Part shown: in pieces, positions 50,701 through 63,832 of the stretch
Layout: every line of letters begins with the position of its first letter
How positions within the stretch are numbered: position 1 is the first letter of the stretch
Translations under genes and position numbers: made by a program
Notes under the pieces: model-generated
What the model was told of the DNA's origin: nothing
The model's database searches: none
Seen by the model: the letters and a program-made list of their open reading frames with translations, nothing else
Assembly: GCF_001447785.1 (NCBI RefSeq)
Contig: NW_015163606.1
Coordinates: 1,452,857 to 1,516,856 of the forward strand
Length of the DNA stretch: 64,000 bases
From: Gekko japonicus
Lineage: Eukaryota
Direction of reading: 5' to 3'

Positions 50701-52845
50701 AATATTTGGGTGGGGTGGAGCTGCCTGAAGGTCAAACTAAATTCAGAATTGTAAGTGAAAAAAAATTGAAATGTAAATACCTAGATCTTTGATAGTGAAG
50801 TAATTAAAATGTATGGTTTTGCCTACTGTGTATAATAAGGGCTTATATTTGATCAACCATAAAAGTTATTTAATCATTTTAACCTTGGAATTCTACCCCA
50901 CAGAAAAAAAACCCTACTTAATGGAAGTTAGCTTAGAAGCATTAGAGTATCACAACATCAAGACGGCTGAGCGAGAGGGCATGGAAAATTCAAGCACAGC
51001 TTATTTCTGCCACAATACTATAGCAGGTTGCATGGCAACCAGTGGCTGTGGATTTTGAAGTTACCTTATCCTTATTCGATGAGCAAATACTTAGCCTGTA
51101 TTTATTTTGGTAATTTCTGGAATTAATCAGGTACTGAAGGCCTCATTTGTAAGATAGTCTCACCATGATTCCAACCAACACAAATTAAATGTTTAACATG
51201 CTCAAATAATAGATGGTTTCAAAAAAGAAAGAAAGAAAACCACAACAAAACCCAAGTATTTCTCAGGATATTATGGTGGATTACTTGAAAGGAACACTAA
51301 GGTCATGTGAAACCATGGTACAGCTGACACAGCATAAGTGGATGAGCTGCTCCACTGAGGCAGAATCCAGTTGATTGGAGAGCTCCAACAAGAGAGAAGC
51401 AAGAGAGTGCTTATTGCCATATGCCAGGAAAATCATTGTGTGCTGTGAATTGAGAAATTACTGCTGGGAGGTGAGTCTTGTGGCACTGGAGATCTAAGAA
51501 TATTGGAGACTAGCATAGCTGGCCCTGTTCAGAAACAAGGTACTGCACAATTAAAATTAGTGCTTACCTGAATAAAGCATCCCTGAGCAAAGGTATGCAC
51601 AGGCAGTGTAGGCTTGGGAAGATCCAATACTAGTGGGTAGTGTATTGTGTAGTGGTACTTTGCTTTCCAGCTGGTCATAGTACCAGTCATCTACTTCACA
51701 CCACAAGGTTGGATCCACTGTAGCAAGTGGAAATGCAAGAAAACTAATGTGGTAACCACTTACACCAAGTCAAATCAACTATATCACCACCCGCCCCTTT
51801 TTTTTCTGCATAAGATCTTGTGTAATCAATTTCTGGGCCTTGTAATATATAGGGAGGAAAGCGCTAGGTGTTGCACAAGATCTTGCCCAAGTGGAAGTGC
51901 TTGCACATTATTAGATTCAGTTGCTGGTTCTGTTTTGCTGACCAGTTGCCAAATCATATTGAGATTTGCTGACCAATTCCAAATCGTATCATGCCAAATC
52001 ATATTGAGAATTCCTGCTTAACTGGGGTAGAATCCAGTGGATAATTCTAACAAAATGGAGGCAAATAAGCATGAATTCCTGTGAAACAGGGAGAAAATGC
52101 CATCTGTATGGTGGGAGATTACAAGTTGGAGGGAATCCTTTTACCCTCTTTACTATGACTTGGTTTGATGTCTGAATTGACACAGTATACGCTATATGTA
52201 CACGACTATTGCAGCACAGTGTAAAATAGGAGTTGAATAACCTATCTCCTCCCTGTCTCGTTCCACATTTCGAAATTTGTTCCAAAATGTGTTTCATAAG
52301 TGGTCACTAACAGTATATGAAAATTATATACTAAAAATGTATCATGATACATATATGCAAGCCATGAAATAATGACTGTGTTTTGACCAATTTATGTAAA
52401 ACACATGAATTAATTTCTTATTCAGAGAAAGAGCACTAATATGTTCCATTTAATGCAAGTATTATAGATTAGGTGCCCATTCTAAGCACCTAATGGATTC
52501 CAGTCCTAGGCCAAATTTTGCACAAATTCTTACAAAGACCATTGTCCCCAGTGGATAATTTCAAAATGCCATTTTAGCCTGCTTCATGTTTACCACAATA
52601 TTCTGCAGAGAACAGGGGCAAATGAAATCTGTTTACAGTTGATCATGAATCTTCAGGCATGTGGTTACTAAAGTCTACACTATTTCTGTAATTACTTCTG
52701 GCATACATATCTCGTAAACCTGAATGTAAAGTTTGTGTTGCTTCTTGCATGTTTATCATCACTGCGCTTTTGGACAACAGGATTATTCCTGATGTTGTGC
52801 TCTTCATAAATTCAGTAATGATAAAAACATATCCTCAAGTGATTA

Positions 52846-53340
52846 TCATTTACTTACTTCGTTCACCCTATCGTTCTCCCCAATAGGGACCCAAAGTGTC
52901 TTACATCGTTATCCTTTCCTCCATTTTATTCTCACAACAACCCTGTGAAGTAGGTTAGGCTGAGTGTGTGCTACTGGCCCAAGGGCACCCAGAATGCTTA
53001 TATGGCATGTGGGGGGTGTTGAACCCAGGTCACCCGTATCCTAGTTCAGTGCTCTAACCGCAGTCATGCTTTACTTCATTTATACCCTGCTTGTCTCCCC
53101 AGTAGTGACCCAAAGAGGCTTACATCATTCTCCTCTCCTCCATTTTATCCTCACAACAACCCTGTGAGGTAGGTTATGCTGAGAGTATATGACTGGCCCA
53201 GTTCATGAATCACAACATATTAGTTCTATTTGTCTCCCCAGTAGTGACCCAAAGAGGCTTACATCATTCTCCTCTCCTCCATTTTATCCTCACAACAACC
53301 CTGTGAGGTAGGTTATGCTGAGAGTATATGACTGGCCCAG
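52846..53340 (-). mobile_element. Cluster of three SINE 3' parts (CORE/L2 tail)
   Basis: Repeated ccattttat(c/t)ctcacaacaaccctgtga(g/a)gtaggtta. Confidence 0.8.
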
Positions 53341-53369
53341 TTCATGAATCACAACATATTAGTTCTATT
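53091..53369. repeat. Perfect 139-bp tandem duplication
   Basis: 53091-53229 is identical to 53230-53368. Confidence 0.9.
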
Positions 53370-53739
53370 ACAGGGCTCTTTTTGTAGAAAAAGCCCAGCA
53401 GGAACTCATTAGCATATTAGGCCACACCCAACAGCAGGAGCTCATTAGCATATTAGGACACATCCCTGACAGCACATCTCATTAGCATATTAGGCCAGGG
53501 ACAGAGGGAGAGAGAGACACACTCAGAGAACATAAGAACGGGATGTACTAAAAGGAAGGACAGGATTGTCCTTTGGAAACAATGGGAAACACTTGAAGGC
53601 CCGTTGGAAATAATGGGAGCCAGGAATGTCAATTGACTTGCATGGGCTCCATTGAAATATATTACAGTACAAGTAGAGTTGCAAAGAAAATGTGGAATGG
53701 ATTTTCCATTAGGGTCTCTGGGCCCAAATAGACTACTCT

Positions 53740-54263
53740 GAGACTGGAATGAGAGGCCCCAGAGTGGAATGATAGCCCCTGGGGGTAGCAGGAGCGTTCT
53801 GTTACTGGAATGACAGCCCTGGGGGTAGCAGGAGTGTTCTGTCACTAGAATGAGAGACCACGGAGTGGAATGACAGCCCCTGGGGAAAGCAGGAGTATGC
53901 TGGGAATGGAATGATGGGCCCCAGAGTGGCATGACAGCCCCAGAGGGTAGTAGGAGTGGGCTGGGACTGGAATGAGAACCCACAGAGTGGAATGACAGTC
54001 TCTGGGGGTAGTAGGAGTGTTCTGGGACTGGAATGAGAGACCACAAAGTAGAATGACAGCTGCTGGAAGTAGCGGGAGTATTCTGGGACCGGAATGACAG
54101 GCCCCAGAGTGGAATGACAGCCCCTGGGTGTAGTAGGAGTGTTCTGGGACTGGAATGACAGGCCCCGGAGTGGAATGACAGCCCCATGGGGTAGCAGGAG
54201 TGTTCTGGGACTGCAGTGACAGGCCCCAGAGTGGAATGACAGCCCCTGGGTGTAGCAGGAGTG
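53740..54263. repeat. 61-bp minisatellite running into a gap
   Basis: Unit ~gactggaatgacaggccccagagtggaatgacagcccctgggggtagcaggagtgttctgg; starts at 53965, 54026, 54087, 54148, 54209. Confidence 0.95.
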
Positions 54264-55499
54264 NNNNNNNNNNNNNNNNNNNNNNNNNNNNNNNNNNNNN
54301 NNNNNNNNNNNNNNNNNNNNNNNNNNNNNNNNNNNNNNNNNNNNNNNNNNNNNNNNNNNNNNNNNNNNNNNNNNNNNNNNNNNNNNNNNNNNNNNNNNNN
54401 NNNNNNNNNNNNNNNNNNNNNNNNNNNNNNNNNNNNNNNNNNNNNNNNNNNNNNNNNNNNNNNNNNNNNNNNNNNNNNNNNNNNNNNNNNNNNNNNNNNN
54501 NNNNNNNNNNNNNNNNNNNNNNNNNNNNNNNNNNNNNNNNNNNCAATGGCCCATCCAGTCCCAACACTCTGTCACACAGTGGCCAAAAATATCAAAGAGA
54601 GAGACACACACAGGGACCTCAAAGAAATACCAGTAAAAGGATTAGTTTTTAAAAAAGAAATTTACATTCCATTCCCACTCTTGGTCCTATAAGTTGCAAC
54701 TGGCACCCTAAGTCTAAGGAGCATCCCTTGACAATAAATCCCATAAATTTCAGTGAAACACATATCCCAGGATTAGGGGAGTTGTTCCAAATTCAAATTA
54801 ACAGGAATTACTTCCACCTAGGTGAATTATGACTGGGATTCAATTTGAAATGAAATATTTACCCATGACCTTAAATCACTCATGACATTTTAAACATACA
54901 AATAGTTCAGATGAATGTAAAGAATTTAATGGCAAGTATTGCAAAGATGTAAACCAGTTATATAGACAGTATAAAAAAAACCATATTGTTTTCTCACAAG
55001 CCACCCATAGAAAAATATATATTTCCAACAATACAGAAACACTCAAGAACACACAATCACATGGATGTTCACAAGCATGGATCCCCCCCCTCGTTGCTTA
55101 ACTACTCAAAGATCAACCTAAGAAAAACAAAAAAGCTAATAGGAAAGCAATTTTTAATGACCTAATTTAAGTTCTTGGAAAGCACCGCTTCTGTAAACTT
55201 ATCTATTCAAGTCTCTGAACTACCAAGTCATACAAACACACATGCTGCCTACTGGGAGGCGCAGAAGGCTGAAAAGAAACCGAGACCCGAACAGAAACTC
55301 CGAAGGCCTTTGCAGTTAGGATTACCCTTAACAAAGTATAAAAAGCTTGGGGGGGATATCTAAACTACACATTGCCTGTTGTTTGAGACTGAAGGTCTAA
55401 GAAAGCGTGATCCCTTCAGGTCCTCATGGCGTAGGCCTGAGAGGCTGAAAAGCCTCCTATTTCTTGCATGATGGTTGGGCTTTCCCTGGACACAAAAGG

Positions 55500-55890
55500 T
55501 GTCAGGTTACTAATGACACACAGAAAGAGCCTGAGACCGCTCCACTTATGAGCTGGAGGGCAAAGGACTCCTGATCTCCCATGCACTTTAGAGCAGCCAC
55601 CATCGGGACTTTCAGCTAATACTTTTATTTAAGGTGAAGAACAAGATGAAAGTACTGGCTCACAGGCTGGTTTATATTCCCAGTAAACCCCACACCCAAA
55701 ACATACCCCACACCAGTGATAGGTTATTTACATTAGCCAGGTGTTCCATAGGTCCTCACTAGAATCCTAGCCCTTGGATAGGTATGGGCCAGGATCCGCT
55801 CAGGCCATTGTTCTCTGGTGCAAAACTCGGCAACTTCGCATGATCGCGTGGAGGCCTGGCCTTGCACACAGTCGACTTCAATACATAACA
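55500..55890 (-). mobile_element. Possible solo LTR
   Basis: Minus strand TGTTATG...CCTGACA with TATAAA followed by AATAAA; no TSD. Confidence 0.45.
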
Positions 55891-55949
55891 CCGAGGAACA
55901 AACACAAACACACACAGAGAAAGAGAAAAACAGAGAGGGACAGAGAGAG

Positions 55950-56360
55950 ACTGGGTGTTCTCCAATGCCTTGAAAGCAGTCGCCACCAGCCCACCGGCCT
56001 CACCAGAGCCATCTCCCCACCCTGAAAGCAGTCGCCCCCGCCCCTGCCCACTGGCCTCATCAGAGCCCATTGGCCTCATCAGAGCCACAGGCTGGCCATG
56101 GACAGCCTGGGTGCTCTCTGAAGCCCCCCCTGCTGCCGCCACCCAAACACAGTCCCTACCAGCCCGCTGGCCTCTCTACCACCCCCCACCCTGAAAGCAG
56201 TAACCTCTGGCCTCATTAGAGCCCCCGGCTTGCCACGGCCAGTCTGGGTGCTCTCTGAAGACCCTCACCACCCCAAAAGCAGTCCCTGCCAACCCGCTGG
56301 CCTCTCTGCTGCCCCCCACCTTGAAAGCAGTCCCTGCCACCCACTCCAGAGCAGCCTGGA
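55950..56360. repeat. Degenerate GC-rich minisatellite
   Basis: Recurring cacc(c/t)tgaaagcagtc...gctggcctc units. Confidence 0.75.
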
Positions 56361-56884
56361 GCTTCCTCACCTTCCTGGCTGAGGCAACATGTGCTGACTC
56401 CGGAAGAAAGAGGCAGCCCAACTGAGNNNNNNNNNNNNNNNNNNNNNNNNNNNNNNNNNNNNNNNNNNNNNNNNNNNNNNNNNNNNCCCAAAATAGCCCT
56501 GGTTCTATAAAATAAAATCAGGAGTTTTTATAATGAGAAATTCATTACTGCTCAAGTAGAGTTGTTTTGATATTTCTGGAATATCTTGGGCTCCGTCGGC
56601 TAGCTTTCCCTGCACTAAGGTCCAGTGTGTACTCCACTTAGGAGGCAGGCAAGCATTAGCTGGCGTAATTCTTGCTTTCCACTGCCTTTCACAGCAATAT
56701 TATACAAAAGGGGCCAGAACATTCTTTTTGTTTGTTCATTACGTCTAAGAGAGCCATAACTCCACTTTGCAGCTGTTTCTTAAATTAATCTCTAATGCTT
56801 ATTTTGGTGATATAAAATTAAATGACAGGGAATGCTCATCTCAGCCACTTAAGAAAAGCTGTATATTGAATCTGAGCATTGACT

Positions 56885-57020
56885 ACCCTGACCTGGCCAT
56901 CCAGGAAGTCCAGGGTCACTGCACAGAGGCAGGCAATGGCAACCCATCTCTTTTCATCTCTTGCCTTGAAAATCCCATGGGGTCACCGTAAGTCAGCAGC
57001 AAACTGATGGCACACAAACA
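56885..57020 (+). mobile_element. 5S-SINE family copy lacking most of the 5S head
   Basis: ccctgacctgg start joined to gaggcaggcaatggcaa...ttgccttgaaaa body. Confidence 0.65.
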
Positions 57021-60000
57021 TTGACTTGGAATCATAGAGATTGCACTAGTTCTGCAACACACTGCTACAAATATAAAGAGCATTATAACTACAGTAAATA
57101 GTTGTGAGCCAGCCAAGCCACACATATAAACTGGTTCTAGAACTGGCAAAGTTTTATTTACTGGCTACTCCAGTGACAAATATTTTAAGATGGAGGTAGA
57201 CGATGGACCTTGGGTGGCCTACTTCAGAGAGACTAACAAATTTCCTCTTCCTTTATCCCTACAGGACAGTTGCCCTTTCCCAGAAAGTGTTTTTCACAGA
57301 ACCATTAGATCTGAAGAAGAATCCCAGTTGTTTCATGACATCAATTTAAATTGTTAGTACTGCTCAGTGTCAATGTGGAGTCAGTTTCTTAAATTATGAG
57401 AAATGTTTCCCTTGGTTTGGGTCCTGCTGTGACATGTCACAGTCCCTACTTGCCAGCTGTGAGCCATTAAAGACCACAAGAGAAAGATACATAGGGTGCA
57501 CCAATTCCTTTAGATTAAGCACACTCCTAGGTTTTGGCTGATTTTAATGACCGTGTTTTGACTGTTGCGATGAATATTGAATGCCCACAGGAAAGCAGAA
57601 TTAATTAAACTTTGTGATGACTACTGGACAACTACTGCCGTTTGCCTAAGGATCAACAGGTGGGTTCCTACTTTCTGGAGGGGGAAAAAAACCATCATTG
57701 AAGAAGGTTGCATTCCTGGAGCTGATCACGTTGTGCTTTCCAAAAATAAAAGAAATCAGCTGGTGGTCTTGCTTTTAATTATGGAAGACTGCGAGAGTTG
57801 CAATGACACATTTGTTTCATTTACGTGAGAGATGTTCTTGTGTTTTATTAAGTCTTTTGAAGAACATCTGTAACTTGCAGATAAGATTTTCTTTTATATC
57901 ATGGATAGCAGAGTGCAGTTCAACTCCAGCAACTACTGAGCCCCTGTATGTTTACAGAGGACTTTTGCCTCTGAAGACAAAAATTCACCAAGTGCTCTGA
58001 TATAAGTATAATGCAGTCAGATCTACCACTTTATTTCTGGAGAATATTTTATTAGGCACAAAACACTCCTCTGAATTTTGGTATGTCCTTGAAGGCCTTT
58101 GTCATGAATCTCAATTAGTACAAAGATGTAGCCAAAAAGATGCCCTAAAAGAAATTCTTCATTGAAAATAAAATTATTTTCTGAGGTGCACTTTTTTGGG
58201 AAGTTTTTAAAGTATTTTTTTCACTGCTGTACAGTAGAAGAATGGCATTCCTTGGCACGCCCAGAGAAAGTCCTCTACTTGCCATGCATGGCATTCACTG
58301 CCCTAATGGGCCTCAGCTTAACCAGTTAATGTCATCTTTTCCATGGCTCAAATCAGCTTATAATACATAACCGAAACATTCGCACAACAATATAATGGGG
58401 TAAACATACACTCCTTTAAAAGCGCCGGTGAATAAAGCGGATCTGCAAAGCCTCTGACAAGTGTCAAAGGATAGTGGTCGCCTCACCTGCTCAGAGAGCC
58501 ATAAATTGGGAGTAGGTCCAGTTAACTTGATTATTTATTTATTTGACATCTTTATGTGGCCTCTCAACAGAACTTGCCTATGATGGTGTTGCTGAATGCA
58601 AACAGATCCAAGTCAGAGTGATGGCAAAGCTTTCTCAATTACATCCATGATGATACACAAGAGATCACAAGTTAAGTAATTCAGACTGGCTCCAGCAGAA
58701 GATTTCCACTTGCTGTAGGGTTCTTGTGCATGAAAAAGGATGAGATAAAGCTATCACCAGATTTTGTTTGCTATATGGTATATCCTAAGCCATGTTCCCA
58801 CTTATGCAAAACATGGTGCAAGGAATCGCCTGTGGTTTATTTTACTGGTTATCTCTGTGAAAATGTCCCTGAATGTTTTGAAGCTAGCACTTGTTTAGAA
58901 CTATTATAATGGTTGTTAATGGGTATCGTTATTGAATATCTGCTGGAAAAAAACAGTTAGGTGTAGAGGGTAGGTCTTGTAGAAGCAGAGCTCTGGAACT
59001 TATGTTTCCACTTGCTCATCTCTGTATCCAATCCTTGAACTTTAATTCTGTATGACTTCTGCATTGGAAAGAATCTTGTGTTTTTCATCAAGATTTTTTA
59101 CCTTTCCCAGAGCTTTTAATTAGATATTACATCACACACAGTGCTGAAGGAAATGTAAAAAATGCAGCAATACTGAAATGAGACAGGCCTGGCTTTACCT
59201 CCTGGTGTGAGTGATACTAGAACAGCTGAATTCTCCTTGGGATGTGAAACTTGCAAAATCGTGCATCATCCTTAGAGTTGGTGGATAAGCGCCAGGCTCA
59301 CAAATAACACCAACTAAACTGACACTGAGCTTTGTGTCTCATAAGAACAGGAAAAGATTGATGAAATAAATTAATAATTTTTCTTAAATACAGGCATTAA
59401 GGAAAATTGTCTCAAGTTGTATTATTGGTGGCATTATACTCTGACTAGACTGGCAGAGATTTCTGGAGTCTCCACTTCCTGTGGGAAATGCAGGAAAAGG
59501 CATCAGACATTTGTGGTGGGAGTATGTTCTGGCAGGGAAATTTTTGGAGCATGGTTCATAAAGAAATGGAGAGAATGGTAGGGCACGTTTCTGAGTTTCC
59601 TGTGATTGTTTATTTATTAGCTGACATTTCCAACAAAATACAAAAAGAATATAAAGGCTTACTTTATGAAGCTGATTGTTGCAGCAAGAATGATGATTGC
59701 GCAAGGGTAGAAAAAGCAGGCTGTTCCAGAGAGAATGAAGTGGTTGAGGGGAATCTGGCATGTAACAGTAATGGATAAGCTTACAACCCACAAGTATATG
59801 TGGGAGAGAAAGCCTGGTCCCAAGATAAATTTATTTTAAAAAAATAGTGTTCTTTTGTTAAGTATTGGAATGTGCACAATTCACTAGACAGAGTTTAAGA
59901 AAAGGTGTTAAAATGGATATGATTCAACATGTTCCTTTTTCTCTTACATAACTGGTATATGAGAGCAATTTCATAATAACAACAATTAAAAAAGAATATC

Positions 60001-60700
60001 CCTACTAGATTAGACAAAGTCCCCTTTCAAATAGCCTTTGTAATCTGTTTTAGCTGCCGGTTGCTAATAGATTTTTTTGTGTCATTTCAGACACGACCAT
60101 TTTGGATCCCATTTTGGCTAACAGATTTTATTTGCCTTTTCAAACGAAGTCACTTGTGTCCCATTTGCAAAACACCAACCAGTGCATACAATGAGTACCC
60201 ACCACCCAATGAGCTACTTTTCTCGTTTCTATGTAGCTTGACGGCTGCAAGTATCGGAAACCCGGCCATATAGCATTGGATTGTATATTGATCTAGCACT
60301 ATAGCACAAAAGTTAGAATGTTTTTAGAAAGCTGAAACAGAACATGCTGCAAAATGGGCGCGGAAAAAAAAGGCAGTGTGGTTTGAGGCAGCGCAAAATA
60401 GAAATGAAGCAACAGGTGAGAAAGCTGAAACAAACTACGTATTCAACTGGCTGTAAAACTTTAAGAAATAATAACCAAGAACAATGAAATATCCCCTATT
60501 CTTTGATTCCACTTCAGAAACCATGTAATTTGTGATTCCAGGATCCATGTAAAAAGTAACTAAAACCCATAGGTGGGGCTTGTGAAGAATCTCCATAGAC
60601 TATTGTGGGGAGCCAATACCCAGTCCTGATTTGACCCCACTACAGCTAGAAGAGGAATGTGACCAGGACCCAGACAGATTGCTCTGACACAGCAAAAGAG

Positions 60701-60978
60701 GAGGAGAAGATTGGATTTATACCCTATCTGTCACACCTGAAGGAGTCTCAGAGCGGCTTACAATCTTCTTTCCCCTCCCCACAACAGACACCCTGTGAGG
60801 TAGGTGGGGCTGAGAGAGCTCTTTCAAGAACTGCTCATGAGAGAACAGCTCTGAAAGAACTTGTGACTGACCCAAGGTCATACCAGCAGCTGCATGTGAA
60901 GGAATGGGGAATCAAACCCAGTTCTCCCAGATTAGAGTCTGCACTCCTAACCTGAGAGAACCGAATTTGATTCCTCAC
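60701..60978 (-). mobile_element. Squam3-like SINE with fold-back 5' end
   Basis: Homologous to 41814-42042; 60952-60974 is an inverted copy of 60908-60930. Confidence 0.8.
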
Positions 60979-62911
60979 AAGGCAGGGAGCCAGGCAGCAG
61001 CAGGGAGGGGCATGGTCAGAAGGCAATGCTGAGCTTGAACCTGGAAGGCCAGAATGGGAGAGGCTAAGAGGCAGCAAGGGAAGAGACATGAGATGCTTCC
61101 CTTTTATAGTTTCCCAGGTGGAAGGGAATTGGAGACAGGCCAAATGGGGTGGGGCCAGGTAATCCTTTAAAAAGGAAGGCACCACACCTGGCCAGGGAGG
61201 AAGCAACAGACTGAGCTTCGACAAGGGAGAGAACCCAGAGGATGGAACCCCCCTCCTTCCCAATTCTGAACCTAGTGTGCTACTTGCCCCCTGGTGGTGG
61301 ATGGTGGAAGGCAGAGAGACTGTTTTATGGGTAGGGGTGTCCTGTCTGTTCCTTCTCCTAGATGCTAAGATTAAATAGCCGTTTTTTATCATTTGCTTTT
61401 TTCTAGCATTGAACCATAGTATTTTCTCTCTCATGACTTCTGTTTGGAATCATTTTCCAAACCCTACTAAAAAGCCCTTATACATATAACACATTAAGAC
61501 AATTATTAATGAGGTAAAATTAATTAGGATTAATCTTCTCCTAGTGGTAGGTCCCACAGACAATTACAATTAACAGCTTGCTGCTTACTGTGTGTATTTC
61601 TTGTCAAGTTAATGCAAGTGCATTTGTCTCTCTGATATCTTTTGTTTATTAAATATATATGATTAAATTTAATTAACCCATAAATAGGAGAGTGGACTTT
61701 GCATGTCTAATTGCATGTACCATGCACATTTTCCCCTTAGAAATAAGTTACTGAACTTAGTTAACAATTTAAAATCTGTGATTCAGCTTGAAAAATTATA
61801 CCACTAATACAAAGCTGAAACCCAAAGCAAGCTTACATTTTTATAATAGAACTATTTTGTAGTAGTAATGACCAAATCGAATATTAGTGATCTCAAAACA
61901 ATGTTATATGAAGTTAATTTCAATAGGGAGTTATTTCTGAGAAACAAGACCAACTTTCCTAGTTAGATTAAGTACTAACAGTGCCTTATTGAAAACAATT
62001 ATACCCCTCTAAACCCGCTGGCTTCAACTGATTTAGAAGAGTGTAACTCTGTTTAGGCCTCACTGTAAATTGACTCTCTCAGTATGACTAAAGATAAAAG
62101 TAGACAAAAATAAATCTCCTGAAATGACTCAATGACCCCTCTTTCATTGATTACTAGAATAGACCTAAAGTATATTGCAGCTTTGAAATTTTCTAAATAA
62201 ATACATTATGCTACTTGACAGACAGCTAAATTCAAACTTTCAAGTTGCAGATCCCTGAACTTCATCAAATTGATTAATTTGAAATACTTATATTAGCTAT
62301 ACTAAAAGTTGCATATATTTAGTGTAGGATTAATTTATGAAAAAAATATACAAGTTTGAAATCAGGTTGTGAAAATCATCTGATCTTGTTGGTTGCTCCT
62401 ATATACTCCTAGCTGTCACCCAACTAGACAAATCTTAGGCTGCAATTTTAAGATTACTTTCCTGGGATTAAGCACTATTGAATAAAATGGATTTACTTTT
62501 TAGTTGACCAGCTTAGATTGGTTTCTCAGGTGATTAATATGTGTTTTATTAGATGAAATCATATATCAAATTGATGTGCATTAATGTCCATGTAAAAAAT
62601 GAATAGTTCTAAAAAAATCCCATAGTCTGTATATGATGCATGGGCCATTTTACAAGCGATATTCCTCTATCTCGCCTAAGATGAAATACCCCTTCTAAAA
62701 CAGTGTTTTCCATATGCCACTTTTATAAATATTTGGATTAAATTTCTTAAAATCTACCAGATGATTAATTGGGGGCACTGTCTTGTTTGTTTGTTTGTTT
62801 ATAGTCCAGCTTTCTTACTGAGACTCAAGAATGGTAATACAATGTAGTGTTCTTAATAAATTTGGTTAGATGTTGCAGCCTTAATTATGTAGATAACTAA
62901 CTTAGGTCTTG

Positions 62912-63133
62912 CACTGACCTGGATGACCCAGGGTAGCTAGCCCAATTTTGTCAAATTTCAAAAGCTAAGCAGGGTCAGCCCTAGTTAGTACTTGGATGGG
63001 AGACGGTATACCAAGAATGACGGTTGCTATACAGGGGCAGGCAATGACAAACCACTTCTGTTTATTTCTTGCCTTGAAAACCCTGGGCTGTTGCTGTAAG
63101 TTGGCTGTGACCTGACAGGCACATTCCACCACC
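62912..63133 (+). mobile_element. 5S rRNA-derived SINE, near full length
   Basis: aagctaagcagggtcagccctagttagtacttggatgggagac closely matches 5S rRNA; non-5S body follows; ccaccacca tail. Confidence 0.85.
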
Positions 63134-63832
63134 AAGTTAGGTCTTGTCTGTGAGCTGTGTGAAACCACTTCAAGTCTCAATTCAATTGTAAATTCACCAT
63201 GTGTGTGTCATTAACGGGGCCTTAGGCAACCTATCACCTTTCAGTGGGTTTCCTATCTAGTAAATGATGATGATAATAGTGATTAGTCATGATACTTCAC
63301 AGTACCTGGATTACTGATATGACATATACAAAGCTGTCTGAGCATTCAATAAATTTGTTGTGCATCAGGATCAAGATGGGTGTAAGCTGTAGAATATCCC
63401 TACAGCTTGGATACATGGATCTTTGGATGCATCTTACACATGAAATTTGTACATAGAAAATAGTTGCTCTGAATGTGACAACCTGTTATTATTACCTGTT
63501 CTCATTTTAACATTAAGCTCTCATTTATATTGTGTAGTCATTTTAAAAAATGAGGAAGTTTTAACCACAGAGTTACATCTATGTAATTTGTAGATTGAAT
63601 GTGTGCTTTTTTCATACGGAGTTGTTTTCAAACTTTGGAAGATGAGCCTAGAATTTTTAAAGTTCTTCTAAAAACAATTAGGGGTAGTTTAGGTGCTTAC
63701 AGTGGACAATAGTAAGCATTCTCCACAGCTCTCTGGTTTTGCCCAAGACCACTTTTTCTTTGTAAGAATGATGTACATGTCATTTCCTTAAGCACTACCT
63801 GGCCCGCCAGCTGGGTGGTGGCAGCCATCTCA

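Larger units (their letters stand above)
53371..56501. mobile_element. ~3.1-kb non-autonomous hAT element carrying minisatellites
   Basis: Ends cagggctcttt / aaaatagccctg; flanks gttctatta and gttctata (near-TSD); CTCATTAGCAT subterminal repeats; spans two gaps. Confidence 0.65.

Noticed and set aside
53453-54263. Repeat-protein ORFs, or a CRISPR-like array
   Set aside because: Tandem 61-bp minisatellite with no unique spacers; the open frames follow from the unit sequence; the DNA is eukaryotic
62930-63030. Functional 5S rRNA gene (also tRNA genes at SINE heads 44245 and 63833)
   Set aside because: Diverged, partial and fused to SINE bodies
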